From contig CAZQUR010000007.1 of NCBI GenBank assembly GCA_964596535.1, positions 1 through 56,135 on the forward strand: 56,135 nt of DNA, written 5' to 3'. Below, piece after piece: positions 1 through 10,236 of the stretch. The translations under genes were made by a program, and so were the position numbers. The notes beneath the pieces were generated by a model. That model was given only the letters and a program-made list of their open reading frames with translations. It was not told the origin of the DNA and did not search any database. Source of the DNA: an uncultured Desulfobacteraceae bacterium (GTDB lineage: Bacteria; Desulfobacterota; Desulfobacteria; Desulfobacterales; UBA2156). Position 1 is the first letter of the stretch, and the number at the start of each line of letters is the position of its first letter.

Positions 1-208
1 CGATGGATTGTGCCACCCCCGCTTCACGGTCCCGGGTATGAACGAAAGAAACGCGGCTTTTTTTCACGGTCCCCATACTCTGCCCTCCTCTTAATCCCAG
101 CAACAGGTTGCCGCCCGCCACACCGGTGTACTTCATGAATTGCCTGCGGCTGATCCCCGGTGCCGGCGTGGGCCGGGCTGCACCCATCTTGTCGTCAATT
201 TTGTTCAT
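1..208 (-). CDS. Tat-exported protein, 5' part only (runs off window); possibly DUF362-type Fe-S protein
   Basis: Not in ORF track. Manual translation from ATG at 208: MNKIDDKMGAARPTPAPGISRRQFMKYTGVAGGNLLLGL...KSRVSFVHTRDREAGVAQSI, open to position 1; twin-arginine motif SRRQFMK. Family assignment is tentative. Confidence 0.7.
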   Translation of the reverse strand, partial: MNKIDDKMGAARPTPAPGISRRQFMKYTGVAGGNLLLGLRGGQSMGTVKKSRVSFVHTRDREAGVAQSI

Positions 209-211
209 AAA

Positions 212-367
212 TGGAAAATTAACCGCGATAAAGAATTTGGCAAGGCCCCCGGCGGCCGCTGCATGGACTGCGGCCGCTGGATCCGGCCCGACCGGCTCGA
301 AGTGATACCGTACTCCGTGCGATGCCGCCGGTGCCGGGAGGCGCTCGAACGGATCCGGAATTTTTAA
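212..367 (+). pseudogene. DksA/TraR C4 zinc-finger fragment
   Basis: GRCMDCGRWIRPDRLEVIPYSVRCRRCREALER fits the CxxC-x17-CxxC DksA/TraR finger. No coiled-coil N-terminus and no credible in-frame start (TTG at 140 lies inside the opposite-strand gene). Confidence 0.5.
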
Positions 368-384
368 CAACGTAAACCTTCATT

Positions 385-1278
385 TTACACGGCGGCCCCC
401 ATTTCTTCCATGGTGCGGTCTTTTTCTTCCCAGAGGGCGTTGACCCATTGCTGAAACCGTTCCCGGTCTTCCGTGTCCTGGCGGTAATCCCCCAGGAATT
501 CTTTCGGCACCGGCAAGGATTCCACTTTGACATTGACCTCGCGGATCTTTCCCGACAAAAAAGCCCAGAAGGATTTCGGCCCTTCGGGATAAACGATGGT
601 GACGTCCAGAATATCATTGAGCCGGCCCCCCAGGACCGCCAACACGAAAGCAATCCCGCCGGCTCTGGGCTTGAGGAGGTGTTTGAAAGGAGATCCCTGT
701 TTCCGGTGTTTGGCGTCGCTGAAACGGGTCCCTTCCACAAAGATCATGATGGAAATGGGGATCGTCTTGAATTTTTCACACGCCGTCCGGGTCGCTTCCA
801 GGTCTCTACCTTTCAGGTGGGGGTGTTTTTCCAGGAAGGCGGCGGAATAGCGTTTCATGAACGGCATATCGAGGGCCCACCATACCTGGCCCATGACCGG
901 AAACCAGATCAACGCCTTTTTTAGAAAAAATTTCAGAAAAGGGATTTTCCGGAAAAACACCTTTTGCAGCACCAAAATGTCCGTCCAGGACTGGTGATTG
1001 CAAAGCACCAGGTACCACTTGTTCGGATTCAGACCCTCCACCCCGGTGACATCCAGCCGGACCCGCTGGATTGTCGCCATGTTCAAGTTGTTGATCCATA
1101 TCCAGCCGTCGGCGATGGCGGTCAAAATACGGCTGCAACGCCTTCGCCAGAATTCCAGGGGGATGATGAGCTTGAGAAGGGTCACGGCAAACAGTGGAAC
1201 CGACCACACCACCGTATTCAGCCCCAGCAAAAATGCGGACAGAACGCCGGTAACAGGGGAGAGTAAAAAGAAAGACAT
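385..1278 (-). CDS. yihG: PlsC-family acyltransferase (YihG-like)
   Basis: NHQSWTD (NHx4D) and FVEGTRF motifs, LKFFLKK and WWALDMPFMKRYS typical of YihG; N-terminal membrane helix. Confidence 0.85.
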   Translation of the reverse strand: MSFFLLSPVTGVLSAFLLGLNTVVWSVPLFAVTLLKLIIPLEFWRRRCSRILTAIADGWIWINNLNMATIQRVRLDVTGVEGLNPNKWYLVLCNHQSWTDILVLQKVFFRKIPFLKFFLKKALIWFPVMGQVWWALDMPFMKRYSAAFLEKHPHLKGRDLEATRTACEKFKTIPISIMIFVEGTRFSDAKHRKQGSPFKHLLKPRAGGIAFVLAVLGGRLNDILDVTIVYPEGPKSFWAFLSGKIREVNVKVESLPVPKEFLGDYRQDTEDRERFQQWVNALWEEKDRTMEEMGAAV

Positions 1279-1286
1279 TATTTGAT

Positions 1287-2738
1287 CTAAAACCGCATCC
1301 GGACCCGGTAGGTCAGTTTCACTTCATTATCTATGGGAACTCGAATTCGAAATTTTACGGCAAAAGTGTCTGTTTTCTCGTAATCATGGGACGCATCCAG
1401 CATTTTCCAGTCGCCGGGAATCGGTTCGATGACGCTGACCGTGACGTCTTCTTTCTTATGATTCCGCAGGGATATTTCAAAGGCCGCCTCGTATGTATCC
1501 GAAGCCAATTTTTCCCAGTCGGTCTGCTTCCTGGAGCCCACCACGTCGAAGGCTTCGCCGAGCTTGATTTGGATCTTTTCATCCTTGGGGGTATGGTCGA
1601 TGCGGTCTTCTCCGACAAACTGCAGGCCGCCTTCACTGTCGTGCTTATATACGCGGACGATGCCTTTGGGAAGCGGCATGCCCATGTGATTTTCTTTTCG
1701 ATTTTCGATTTGCACGAAGACGCCGACTTTCCGCTTGTCCTGCCCTCCCCTGCGCCCGTAGTAGAAGTATTTTGTTCCCTGAAGGATCAGTTCCTTTTTT
1801 ACCGGAACGGTTTCCGCGGTGAAAAGACGGATCTGTTTTGTCTGGTTGTCCTTGATGGTGGATGCACGCTGGAGGGTGTAGATGTGATACTCGAAAAATG
1901 CCTCTTCCTTGAATTGCGGTGCTCCCGGCACGGCTGCCAGCTCCGCCTTGCGCCGGATGCGTTCTTCGCCTGCCCGTTGATCTTGAATGCGATGGACATC
2001 GCCGGCGACGAGCTTGAGTTCGGCCTCCGGATAGGTCGTGCCGCTTTGGTTGTCGATGGTCACCCATCCGGAAAGATCCGATCGATCATCCGCTGCATTC
2101 AGTGTCATCACGTAGTCCGCCCGCCATGTAATCCCTTCCGTGAGATAGGTGGCTTCGATTTTCTGCACGGGCAACGTATTTTTAAGAAGCCAGACCAGGG
2201 TGGGCTTGGAGATGAGATTTTCCGGGACGCCGGGAAAAAGGATCCGTCCGGGATGACCGAAAGTGATGGTATCTCCGATCTGAAAAATGGGGCCGCCGTT
2301 GTTGGAAAGAAGCGTTGCCGTAACCATTTCTTCTCTTTCGGTGTACGGATTTTTGGAATACAACCGGACCTCTTTTCCCACATATTTATCGAGAAGTTTT
2401 TGGGGATTTAAAAGGTCGTATTCATAGTTTTGTTCCAAAACGGAGAGGCTTTCGGGATCCGCGAGGGATTTAATATGAACCGTGGAAGGGATGATCTTTG
2501 CCGCCACGTCCATAAACCGCAGCTCCCGGGTTCCCGGAGCCAGTGAAATCTCCCGCTGGTCTTTCACAAGGCCGAGGTTGACATTGTAGATGGTCACCGC
2601 AACCCCTGTCTGATCGGAAAGGTCGCTTGATGACGGATTCGTTTTCGGCGTGTCTGCAAAGACCGGCGGGACGGTTTTCCCCCAATATCCCCACAAAAGG
2701 ATAACGCAGGCAAGAACTCCGACGGCATATTTATTCAT
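1287..2738 (-). CDS. Secreted DUF4139/DUF4140-type protein
   Basis: Signal peptide MNKYAVGVLACVILLWG after GGAG RBS; VAVTIYNVNLGLVKDQR, EQNYEYDL, YLTEGITWRADY and EDRIDHTPKDE motifs. Confidence 0.8.
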   Translation of the reverse strand: MNKYAVGVLACVILLWGYWGKTVPPVFADTPKTNPSSSDLSDQTGVAVTIYNVNLGLVKDQREISLAPGTRELRFMDVAAKIIPSTVHIKSLADPESLSVLEQNYEYDLLNPQKLLDKYVGKEVRLYSKNPYTEREEMVTATLLSNNGGPIFQIGDTITFGHPGRILFPGVPENLISKPTLVWLLKNTLPVQKIEATYLTEGITWRADYVMTLNAADDRSDLSGWVTIDNQSGTTYPEAELKLVAGDVHRIQDQRAGEERIRRKAELAAVPGAPQFKEEAFFEYHIYTLQRASTIKDNQTKQIRLFTAETVPVKKELILQGTKYFYYGRRGGQDKRKVGVFVQIENRKENHMGMPLPKGIVRVYKHDSEGGLQFVGEDRIDHTPKDEKIQIKLGEAFDVVGSRKQTDWEKLASDTYEAAFEISLRNHKKEDVTVSVIEPIPGDWKMLDASHDYEKTDTFAVKFRIRVPIDNEVKLTYRVRMRF

Positions 2739-2775
2739 AACGGCTCCCTTTCTTTTCCCCGCTTTGATGATAAGA

Positions 2776-3801
2776 TCAGCGCGTCGAATCCCCGTAATAG
2801 TTTTTATACCAGGCCACGAACCGCCGAATCCCCTCTTCGAGGGAGGTTTTTGGCGTGAACCCCACGTCGGCCGTGAGATCGTCGATATCGGCATAGGTGG
2901 CCGGCACATCTCCGGGCTGGAGATCCATATAGATTTTTTCCGCCTTTTTCCCCAGGGCGCCTTCGATGGCGGCGATGAAGTCCATGAGGGAAACAGGGTT
3001 GTTGTTGCCGATGTTGTAAAGCCGGTACGGGGCTTTCGAGGTCCCGGGGTCCGGGGCGTCTCCGCTCCAGTCCGGGTCGGGTTCCGGAATGCGCTGCATG
3101 ACCCGAAAGACCCCTTCGACGATGTCATCGATGTAGGTAAAGTCCCGCTGCATCTTCCCATGATTGAACACCTGGACGGGCCTTTTTTCAAGAATCGCCC
3201 GGGTGAATAAAAAAAGGGCCATGTCGGGCCTTCCCCAGGGACCGTACACCGTGAAAAAGCGCAATCCCGTGGCGGGAATCCCGTAAAGATGGCTGTATGT
3301 ATGGGCCATCAGTTCATTGGCCTTCTTGGTGGCGGCATACAGGGAAACCGGATGGTCCACATTGTCGTGCACGCTGAAGGGCATGCGGGTGTTGGCCCCG
3401 TAAACGGAACTCGAAGACGCGAATACCAGATGCCCGATACCCTGGTGCCGGCAGCATTCCAGGAGATTCACGAATCCCACGAGGTTGGATTCCACATAGG
3501 CATGGGGATGGGTAAGGGAATAGCGAACCCCCGCCTGGGCCGCAAGGTTCACCGCCACGTCGTATTGTTCCTTTTGAAAAAGGGCCTCAAGACCCTTTTT
3601 GTCCGACAGATCGATCTTGAAGAACGAAAACCGCGGATGGTTCCGGAGCTGTTCCAGGCGCGCCGCCTTGAGCCGGATGTCATAATAGGCATTGAGGTTG
3701 TCGATGCCGGTGACCCGCCACCCTTCCCGGGAGAGCCGATCCGAAAGATGGTAACCGATGAATCCGGCCGCACCGGTGACGAGCGCGCACTTTGTCTGCA
3801 T
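2776..3801 (-). CDS. NAD-dependent epimerase, UDP-glucuronate 4-epimerase type
   Basis: [23 protein letters not shown] and [15 protein letters not shown] motifs. Confidence 0.92.
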   Translation of the reverse strand: MQTKCALVTGAAGFIGYHLSDRLSREGWRVTGIDNLNAYYDIRLKAARLEQLRNHPRFSFFKIDLSDKKGLEALFQKEQYDVAVNLAAQAGVRYSLTHPHAYVESNLVGFVNLLECCRHQGIGHLVFASSSSVYGANTRMPFSVHDNVDHPVSLYAATKKANELMAHTYSHLYGIPATGLRFFTVYGPWGRPDMALFLFTRAILEKRPVQVFNHGKMQRDFTYIDDIVEGVFRVMQRIPEPDPDWSGDAPDPGTSKAPYRLYNIGNNNPVSLMDFIAAIEGALGKKAEKIYMDLQPGDVPATYADIDDLTADVGFTPKTSLEEGIRRFVAWYKNYYGDSTR

Positions 3802-3830
3802 GGTCTGTTCCTTTCCGGGCCGGCGCCGAA

Positions 3831-4781
3831 TCAGGATGCCGGCGGATTTTCCGTGTACCATTCGAGGGTCTGCTCGAGCCCGGCATCGAATCCACAGCCG
3901 GCTTCAAAACCGAGGTCTTGGGCGGCGCGGTGGACATCCGCAAGGGATTCCCGGATATCCCCGTGTCGGTACGGGGCGAACTCCGGTTCGACGGCAAGCT
4001 TCAGGCGCGCCTTCACGGCCTTCCACAGGTCCAGGATGCGGACGAAATGCCCGGTTCCCACGTTATAGACATTCCCCGGAGCGGTTTCGGCACTTGCGGC
4101 AAGCAGGTTTGCGGTGACCACATCCTTTACGAATACGAAATCCCGGTACTGGGCGCCGTCTCCGTAAATCACCGGGGCTTTTTTCTGTATTCCCCGGCTG
4201 AGAAAAATGGAGATGACCCCCGAGTACGGGGAAGAAGGATCCTGCCGGGGGCCGTAGACATTGAAATAGCGCAGGCTCACGGTGTTCAGGCCATACAATT
4301 CGGTGTAAAGGCGGGCATAATATTCCCCGGTCAGTTTATGCACGGCATACGGGCTTTTGGGCATGGGCGGCATTTCCTCGGACTTGGGCAATCCGGGGGC
4401 ATCCCCGTAAACCGCACTGGAACTGGCCAGAACCGCTTTCCGGACACCGTTTTTTCGGGCCGTCTCCAGGACCCGCAGCGTCCCCAAGTCATTGATTTCG
4501 GCGCTTACCACGGGATCCTGAACGGTTTTGACCACCGACACCACGGCCGCCTGATGAAAAACCACCCCGCAGTCCTTTGCCGCCGCGTCCAGAAGGCCGG
4601 CGTCCCGGATGTCTCCATGGAAAAAGGTGATGCGATCCCGGACGGGGGCCAGGTTTTCGAGACGGCCGGTGGAAAGATCGTCGATGACATTCACCGTGCA
4701 GCCCTCTTCCAGGAGGGCTTCAACCAGATGGGAACCGATGAATCCGGCCCCGCCGGTGACAAGCGCCTGTCGATATTCCAT
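3831..4781 (-). CDS. Extended SDR sugar-nucleotide 4-epimerase (GalE/WbpP-like)
   Basis: [15 protein letters not shown] and [21 protein letters not shown] motifs. Confidence 0.9.
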   Translation of the reverse strand: MEYRQALVTGGAGFIGSHLVEALLEEGCTVNVIDDLSTGRLENLAPVRDRITFFHGDIRDAGLLDAAAKDCGVVFHQAAVVSVVKTVQDPVVSAEINDLGTLRVLETARKNGVRKAVLASSSAVYGDAPGLPKSEEMPPMPKSPYAVHKLTGEYYARLYTELYGLNTVSLRYFNVYGPRQDPSSPYSGVISIFLSRGIQKKAPVIYGDGAQYRDFVFVKDVVTANLLAASAETAPGNVYNVGTGHFVRILDLWKAVKARLKLAVEPEFAPYRHGDIRESLADVHRAAQDLGFEAGCGFDAGLEQTLEWYTENPPAS

Positions 4782-5052
4782 AAAATAGGGTCCCTTGCTC
4801 TTTTTGATGCCGCGGAGGATCCCGGGCCGTTGTGTCCTGTTGATTCCTGCTTGACCGATTCCCCTTTTTTAAATATCCCTTCAGGGACAAACCCGTCAAG
4901 GATGTTTCATCAATCCTTTCGCGCCTTGCATCCGGTGCGGGTTTGGATTAGAACAATCCGGCGGATCATTTCAGCCGTTGACTTTCGAAAGCGTTCTTTT
5001 TAATCTGTCGGACATCGTATCAACAACCGGAACAACCGGCCTTTTCCTTTGA

Positions 5053-5289
5053 ATGATGCAAGCGCATGTGGAAATACGGCTCTACGCGAGCCTCAAACCG
5101 AAAACCCCAGAAAACGCGGATCGGTTTCCCATCTCCCCCGGAATGACCGTGGGAGAGATTATCCGAACATTGGGGGTTCCCGATGCGGAAGCCAAGCTCA
5201 TCTTCATTAACGGGGTCAAGGGCACCCCTGACGCCACTTTGAACGGCGGGGAACGGATCGCCATCTTTCCCCCGGTGGGGGGGGGATAA
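5053..5289 (+). CDS. MoaD/ThiS-family sulfur carrier
   Basis: 78 aa beta-grasp-like sequence ending FPPVGGG. Confidence 0.88.
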   Translation: MMQAHVEIRLYASLKPKTPENADRFPISPGMTVGEIIRTLGVPDAEAKLIFINGVKGTPDATLNGGERIAIFPPVGGG

Positions 5290-5338
5290 TGACCGCTTCC
5301 CGTCGTATTCCAAGGACTCTGATAAAAGAGGTATCCGC

Positions 5339-6487
5339 GTGAGGGATCTGTTCCAGGAAACCCATATCAATTCCATGAAGTTGAGCAACCGATTCATCCG
5401 ATCGGCCACATGGGTGGGAATGGCGGAACAAGACGGTACGTGCACCCGGCGACTCGTCAACCTCATGAAGAAACTCGCCGCGGGGGGGGTGGGCCTGATC
5501 ATCACGGGACACGCCTACGTCCACCGAAACGGGCAAGCCGGCCCCTGGCAGTTGGGCGCTTACGCCGATCATCTTCTTCCCGGCCTCACCCAGATGACCG
5601 ACGCCGTGCACAAAAATGGCGGCGTGATCGTCCTGCAGCTCGCCCATGCCGGCATGTTCGCCGATCCGCGACTCATCGGTAAAAGGCCCATCGGGCCGTC
5701 GGATGTCACCGGATATAAGACCACCCCGCCCCTGGAGATGACGCCCCCCCAAATCAGAACCATGATCCGGACCTTCGGCATGGCGGCCAAACGCGCCCAA
5801 AAGGCCGGATTTGACGGGATCCAGCTTCATGCGGCCCACGGCTATCTCTTGAGTCAATTTCTGTCCCCGGCCTTCAACCGGCGCAAGGACAAATACGGCG
5901 GAAATCAGGCCAAACGGACCCTTTTTCTCCTGGAAGTGCTCGGGGAAATCCGGGATCGCGTGGGCGGAGATTTCCCGGTTATGGTCAAAATCAACACTTC
6001 GGATTGTCTTGAGGGCGGCCTGCTCCTCAAAGACGCCCTGGAAGTGGGCATGCGCCTCCAGGAAGCGGGTATCGACGCCATTGAACTGAGCGGGGGTACC
6101 GGCGCTTCCGGCAGGTTGCGCCCGGTGCGCACCGAAATCAGCACGCCGGAAGATGAAGCCTATTTCAAGGATGCCGGGGCGGCGTTCAAAGATCGTCTGA
6201 AGATTCCCATCTTCCTGGTGGGGGGGATCCGCTCGTATCCCGTGGCCGAGCGGATTCTGCAGGACGGAATTGCAGATTACATCTCACTGAGCCGGCCGTT
6301 GATCCGGGAGCCGGATTTGATCAAACGCTGGCGCTCGGGGGATCACCGAAAAGCCGCATGCATGTCGTGCAACCGGTGCTTCATCCCCATTCGAAACGGG
6401 AAAGGGGTATACTGCGTGGCGGAACAGGAGTTAAACGCGACGAAAAAACGCGCCTCCACAAAAAAGGAACGGGAAGAAATCTTATGA
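5339..6487 (+). CDS. NADH:flavin oxidoreductase (Old Yellow Enzyme family)
   Basis: NRFIRSAT, QLAHAG, GFDGIQLHAAHGYLLSQFLSP and SRPLIREP motifs; C-terminal CMSCNRC...C Fe-S motif. Confidence 0.92.
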   Translation: MRDLFQETHINSMKLSNRFIRSATWVGMAEQDGTCTRRLVNLMKKLAAGGVGLIITGHAYVHRNGQAGPWQLGAYADHLLPGLTQMTDAVHKNGGVIVLQLAHAGMFADPRLIGKRPIGPSDVTGYKTTPPLEMTPPQIRTMIRTFGMAAKRAQKAGFDGIQLHAAHGYLLSQFLSPAFNRRKDKYGGNQAKRTLFLLEVLGEIRDRVGGDFPVMVKINTSDCLEGGLLLKDALEVGMRLQEAGIDAIELSGGTGASGRLRPVRTEISTPEDEAYFKDAGAAFKDRLKIPIFLVGGIRSYPVAERILQDGIADYISLSRPLIREPDLIKRWRSGDHRKAACMSCNRCFIPIRNGKGVYCVAEQELNATKKRASTKKEREEIL

Positions 6488-7503
6488 CCAGCGATTCCAT
6501 CGCACCGTCCACTCCCGGCGAACTCCTGGAAATATCCGGATATTACTGGAAGACGTGCACCCTCCATGCCGCGGTGAAGCTCGACGTTTTCACCCATATC
6601 GGAAAAGAAGCAAAACGCGCGGATGTGTTGGCATCCGAAATCGGAGCCGATGAAAGAGCACTGACCTTTCTTCTCAACGCCCTTTCCGCCATGGGGCTTT
6701 TACAAAAAAAACAGGAGGTCTACGCAAACACCGAAACTGCAGAGAGATTCCTTTCCAAGGCATCGGAAGCCTACATCGGTTATATGATCCTGCATCATCA
6801 TCATCTTTTCGAATCCTGGGGCAGGCTGGACCGATCGGTCCTGACCGGAAAACCCGTTCGGGAAAGGGCTTCCACCGGTGAATCCGAATGGCGGGAAGCC
6901 TTTCTCATGGGGATGTTCAACAACGCCATGGGAATCGCTCCCAAACTGGCTCCCCAAATCGACCTTTCCAAAAGACACCGCCTTCTCGATCTGGGCGGCG
7001 GTCCCGGGACTTATGCCGTCTTTTTTTGCAAAGAGTATCCGCAGCTCACCGCCACGGTTTTTGACCTGGAAACCTCCCGTCCCTTTGCCGAAAAAATCTT
7101 CGCCAAATTCGGCATGAAGGACCGTATTTCTTTTCACGGCGGCGATTATCTGAAAGACGCCGTTCCCGGGATCTATGACGTGGCCTGGCTTTCCCACATT
7201 CTTCACGGAGAAGGTCCCGCCGAATGCCGTGATTTGGTTCGAAAGGCCGTCTCCGTCCTCGAGCCCGGCGGGCTGATTCTCATCCACGATTTCATTTTGA
7301 ACGACTCGATGGACGGTCCTCTTTTCCCGGCGTTATTCTCTTTGAATATGCTCCTGGGAACCCCCAAAGGACAGTCCTACAGCCAGCGCCAAATCATCGG
7401 GATGCTGCAAGGGGCCGGGGTGGAAGACATCCGCCGGCACCCATTCCGGGGCCCCACCGAATCCGGCATCCTGACGGGAACGGCATCCTCCCGAAACGCT
7501 TAA
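6484..7503 (+). CDS. SAM-dependent O-methyltransferase (dimerisation + methyltransferase_2 domains)
   Basis: LLDLGGGPG SAM motif, LSHILH; ATGA overlap with the upstream stop codon. Confidence 0.88.
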   Translation: MTSDSIAPSTPGELLEISGYYWKTCTLHAAVKLDVFTHIGKEAKRADVLASEIGADERALTFLLNALSAMGLLQKKQEVYANTETAERFLSKASEAYIGYMILHHHHLFESWGRLDRSVLTGKPVRERASTGESEWREAFLMGMFNNAMGIAPKLAPQIDLSKRHRLLDLGGGPGTYAVFFCKEYPQLTATVFDLETSRPFAEKIFAKFGMKDRISFHGGDYLKDAVPGIYDVAWLSHILHGEGPAECRDLVRKAVSVLEPGGLILIHDFILNDSMDGPLFPALFSLNMLLGTPKGQSYSQRQIIGMLQGAGVEDIRRHPFRGPTESGILTGTASSRNA

Positions 7504-7571
7504 AACCGGTGGTATCCCATGACCACGGGACCCAAATTTTTCATCGACCCTTTCAGGCCGGCGTGATCTCC

Positions 7572-9830
7572 ATGATATTTTTCAAAACGCATTCCCGGCC
7601 CCGGGTTCTCCTGAAGACACTCCTGAAAGGGGGGATGCCCGTATCCATTCAGTTCGATCGTCTCAACCCCGGGATAGACAATATCCGGTATGACGTCCAC
7701 TTAAGCCCTGCTTTTCGTTCTGTCGCCGCAAAACTGATCTTTAAGGAGATTGTATCGGCCGCCCGTGCCCAGGATCGGGTCGATACGGGGAGTCCGTCCG
7801 AACGCGCGGATCTGCGCAATTCATTTAAGCGCGCCTGTCAGGACGTGCTGTTGGCGGGGATTCGACTTGCAAAGGATTTCAAGGAAAATCAAATTGATTT
7901 ACTGGCCCAGGTCGCGCTTTATAAATTCCTGATGCGGGAAATCCGGGAGCGATTCGATGCGCTCTGCGGCCATTTCAAGGAAAGCATTCGCGAAACGGAG
8001 CGTCCCCACGCCTTCAACGCCGGTGAAAATATTCGACTCAAACAGGCCCTTTCCGATATCTTCAAAAACCGGCAAGCCATCCTTTATACCGTTTCCAAAA
8101 AAGTCTTTCAGCGCGTGCAGGAAGTGCAGCAGGATCCCGTCGGAAAATATCGGGAATCGGTGTTCGGCGCCGACGCCCGCCTTCCCGAAGATCTTTTCAA
8201 CAATCCGTTGCTCTTCGTGGATGCATCCCCGGACGATACCTTCATGATCTCCGATTACCTGCTCTTCGGTCATCGATACGAAGACGCAAACCGGTATGAG
8301 GCGTTGATCGATTTGGTCAAGCAGCTTTTAATGTCCTGCAACCAAGATGCCGGAGAAAACGGCGCCCATTTGCTTCAGGACCCGGAATCCCTTTTGGATG
8401 AATGGATTGCGGATCCAAAGAATATCCATCGACTTTTTAATACACAAGCCTCCCTGGATCGGCCGGCGCCACCGGAGGGCCCGGGACATTCCGGGGACGA
8501 ACATTCCCATTGGAAACAGCGGGCCCTTATACAAAAACACCTGTTGCACTTTTTCTACCGGCGTTTCCAAAAACTGGGATTAATTTCCATCGTTTGCGCG
8601 TCTTATGAAATCCAACAGGGCTTTTCCGAATATTGCCCTCCCCTCACCCCACAGGCGGTTTTACAATTCGTGGTGAATCCGAAATCCCGGGACGCCACAC
8701 TGGATCGCCTTAAACGGCTTTCCCGGGCGGAAAACCGGATCTATTCGACAAAGGGATTGCATAAGATGATCAGACAGGTCCGCCGTCTTCGGCGCCGTCA
8801 AAAAGAAGCCTACTTGTTGCAATATCTCCAAGATCTTTCACGATACCACCGGGATCTGAAAAACGCCGTGCGCATCCGGGAGGCCATGGAGGCGGTCCAT
8901 TTGATTACGGAGGACAAAACCCTGAACCTTTCCCGTGAAAACAACCTCCTTCATGCGTTCCTGCTCCCGGAGGAGGAAACCGGCGAGCTGCGACCCGTCA
9001 TCAATCATGTGGTCCTCAAGGCCGACGTGCGCGGATCTACGGAAATCGTCCGGCAGATGAAGCACAAAGGCCTCAATCCGGCTTCTTTTTTCAGTCTCAA
9101 TTTTTTCGATCCCATCAACCAGCTTCTGGAAACCTACGAGGCCGAAAAAGTCTTCATTGAAGGAGACGCCATCATCCTCACCCTTCTGGAACGGGCCCAG
9201 GCGGCAAAACATCTCTTCACCGTGGCCCGGGCCTGCGGTCTGGCCATGGATATCCTGTCCGTGGTGCAACGGTGCAATTCCCGAAGCAAGAAGGCGGGGC
9301 TGCCGGTCATTGAAATCGGTATCGGCATCAGCTTTCAGGCCGGACCCCCCACCTATCTCTTCGACGGCGAGCGCCGCATCATGATTTCTCCGGCCATCAA
9401 CGAAGCCCATTCCCTGTGCCGGTGTGACAAACAGGTCGTGTATGACGGGGAGAAAAAGCCACAATACAACCTGATTGTTTTTGAAACCAAAGCGACTCAT
9501 CAGAACCCGGGCCAGGCAACCGACCCGTTCATGATTTACAATGTCAACGGCATCGCTTTAGACGCCGGGGGATTCCGGAAGCTCTCCCATGAGATCGACC
9601 TTCAGGTCCTGGATTCTAAAATCCCTGAGTTTGCGCCGCATCGTCTCCGGCTCCACGTGGGACGCTTTTTAAATCCACTCGGTATCAAACGGACACTTGT
9701 GGTCCGGGAAGCCCCCTTTTCAACTCAAGGGAGACGGCACGGCGTCGCGATGCCGGATCTTGATCGCGTTTACTACGAAATTTGCACTTACCCCCCCGTC
9801 CTGGCATGGGCGGAAAAAATACTCGCCTGA
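7572..9830 (+). CDS. Large helical protein with C-terminal class III nucleotidyl-cyclase-like domain
   Basis: VVLKADVRGST and FIEGDA supply the two metal-binding Asp; EIGIGI strand. Start uncertain (7509/7572/7635). Confidence 0.7.
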   Translation: MIFFKTHSRPRVLLKTLLKGGMPVSIQFDRLNPGIDNIRYDVHLSPAFRSVAAKLIFKEIVSAARAQDRVDTGSPSERADLRNSFKRACQDVLLAGIRLAKDFKENQIDLLAQVALYKFLMREIRERFDALCGHFKESIRETERPHAFNAGENIRLKQALSDIFKNRQAILYTVSKKVFQRVQEVQQDPVGKYRESVFGADARLPEDLFNNPLLFVDASPDDTFMISDYLLFGHRYEDANRYEALIDLVKQLLMSCNQDAGENGAHLLQDPESLLDEWIADPKNIHRLFNTQASLDRPAPPEGPGHSGDEHSHWKQRALIQKHLLHFFYRRFQKLGLISIVCASYEIQQGFSEYCPPLTPQAVLQFVVNPKSRDATLDRLKRLSRAENRIYSTKGLHKMIRQVRRLRRRQKEAYLLQYLQDLSRYHRDLKNAVRIREAMEAVHLITEDKTLNLSRENNLLHAFLLPEEETGELRPVINHVVLKADVRGSTEIVRQMKHKGLNPASFFSLNFFDPINQLLETYEAEKVFIEGDAIILTLLERAQAAKHLFTVARACGLAMDILSVVQRCNSRSKKAGLPVIEIGIGISFQAGPPTYLFDGERRIMISPAINEAHSLCRCDKQVVYDGEKKPQYNLIVFETKATHQNPGQATDPFMIYNVNGIALDAGGFRKLSHEIDLQVLDSKIPEFAPHRLRLHVGRFLNPLGIKRTLVVREAPFSTQGRRHGVAMPDLDRVYYEICTYPPVLAWAEKILA

Positions 9831-9995
9831 TTCCCGGAAATAAACGTATTTTTCCGGCGTCCGATGGAAGCCCCGATAAAACCGTTGAAGCGTTGTAGCT
9901 AAAAAACAGCTAAAAAACTTGACCATTGAATTACGAACTGGTATTTCAAAAACGGTTACACAAAAAGTGACGTCAATTTTTCGGCCATCCCGATT

Positions 9996-10211
9996 GTGAA
10001 AAACCAAAACGAGGAACCAGACGTGGCTGACGAAAAAAGAGCGGATAACAGGAAGGAAACCGACCCGAAATCGGGGAAGGTGAAAGTCAAGTTTGAAATC
10101 TACGGCGAAGAAATGATCGAAAAGCGGGTGAAGTTGAGCGGCAACAGCGGCAGGGTCTACCTTCCGCCCAACTGGGTAGGGCATCATGTCAAGATTATTC
10201 GAATCGATTAA
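9996..10211 (+). CDS. DUF2080-family small protein (AbrB-like motif)
   Basis: EMIEKRVKLSGNSGRVYLPPNWVGHHVKII signature. Confidence 0.75.
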   Translation: MKNQNEEPDVADEKRADNRKETDPKSGKVKVKFEIYGEEMIEKRVKLSGNSGRVYLPPNWVGHHVKIIRID

Positions 10212-10236
10212 CCTTTCATCTGCGGGGGATTGAACG

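Noticed and set aside
2739-3191. N-terminal extension of the 634-aa ORF 1287..3191
   Set aside because: It overlaps the epimerase in another frame; the real start is the ATG at 2738 with RBS and signal peptide.
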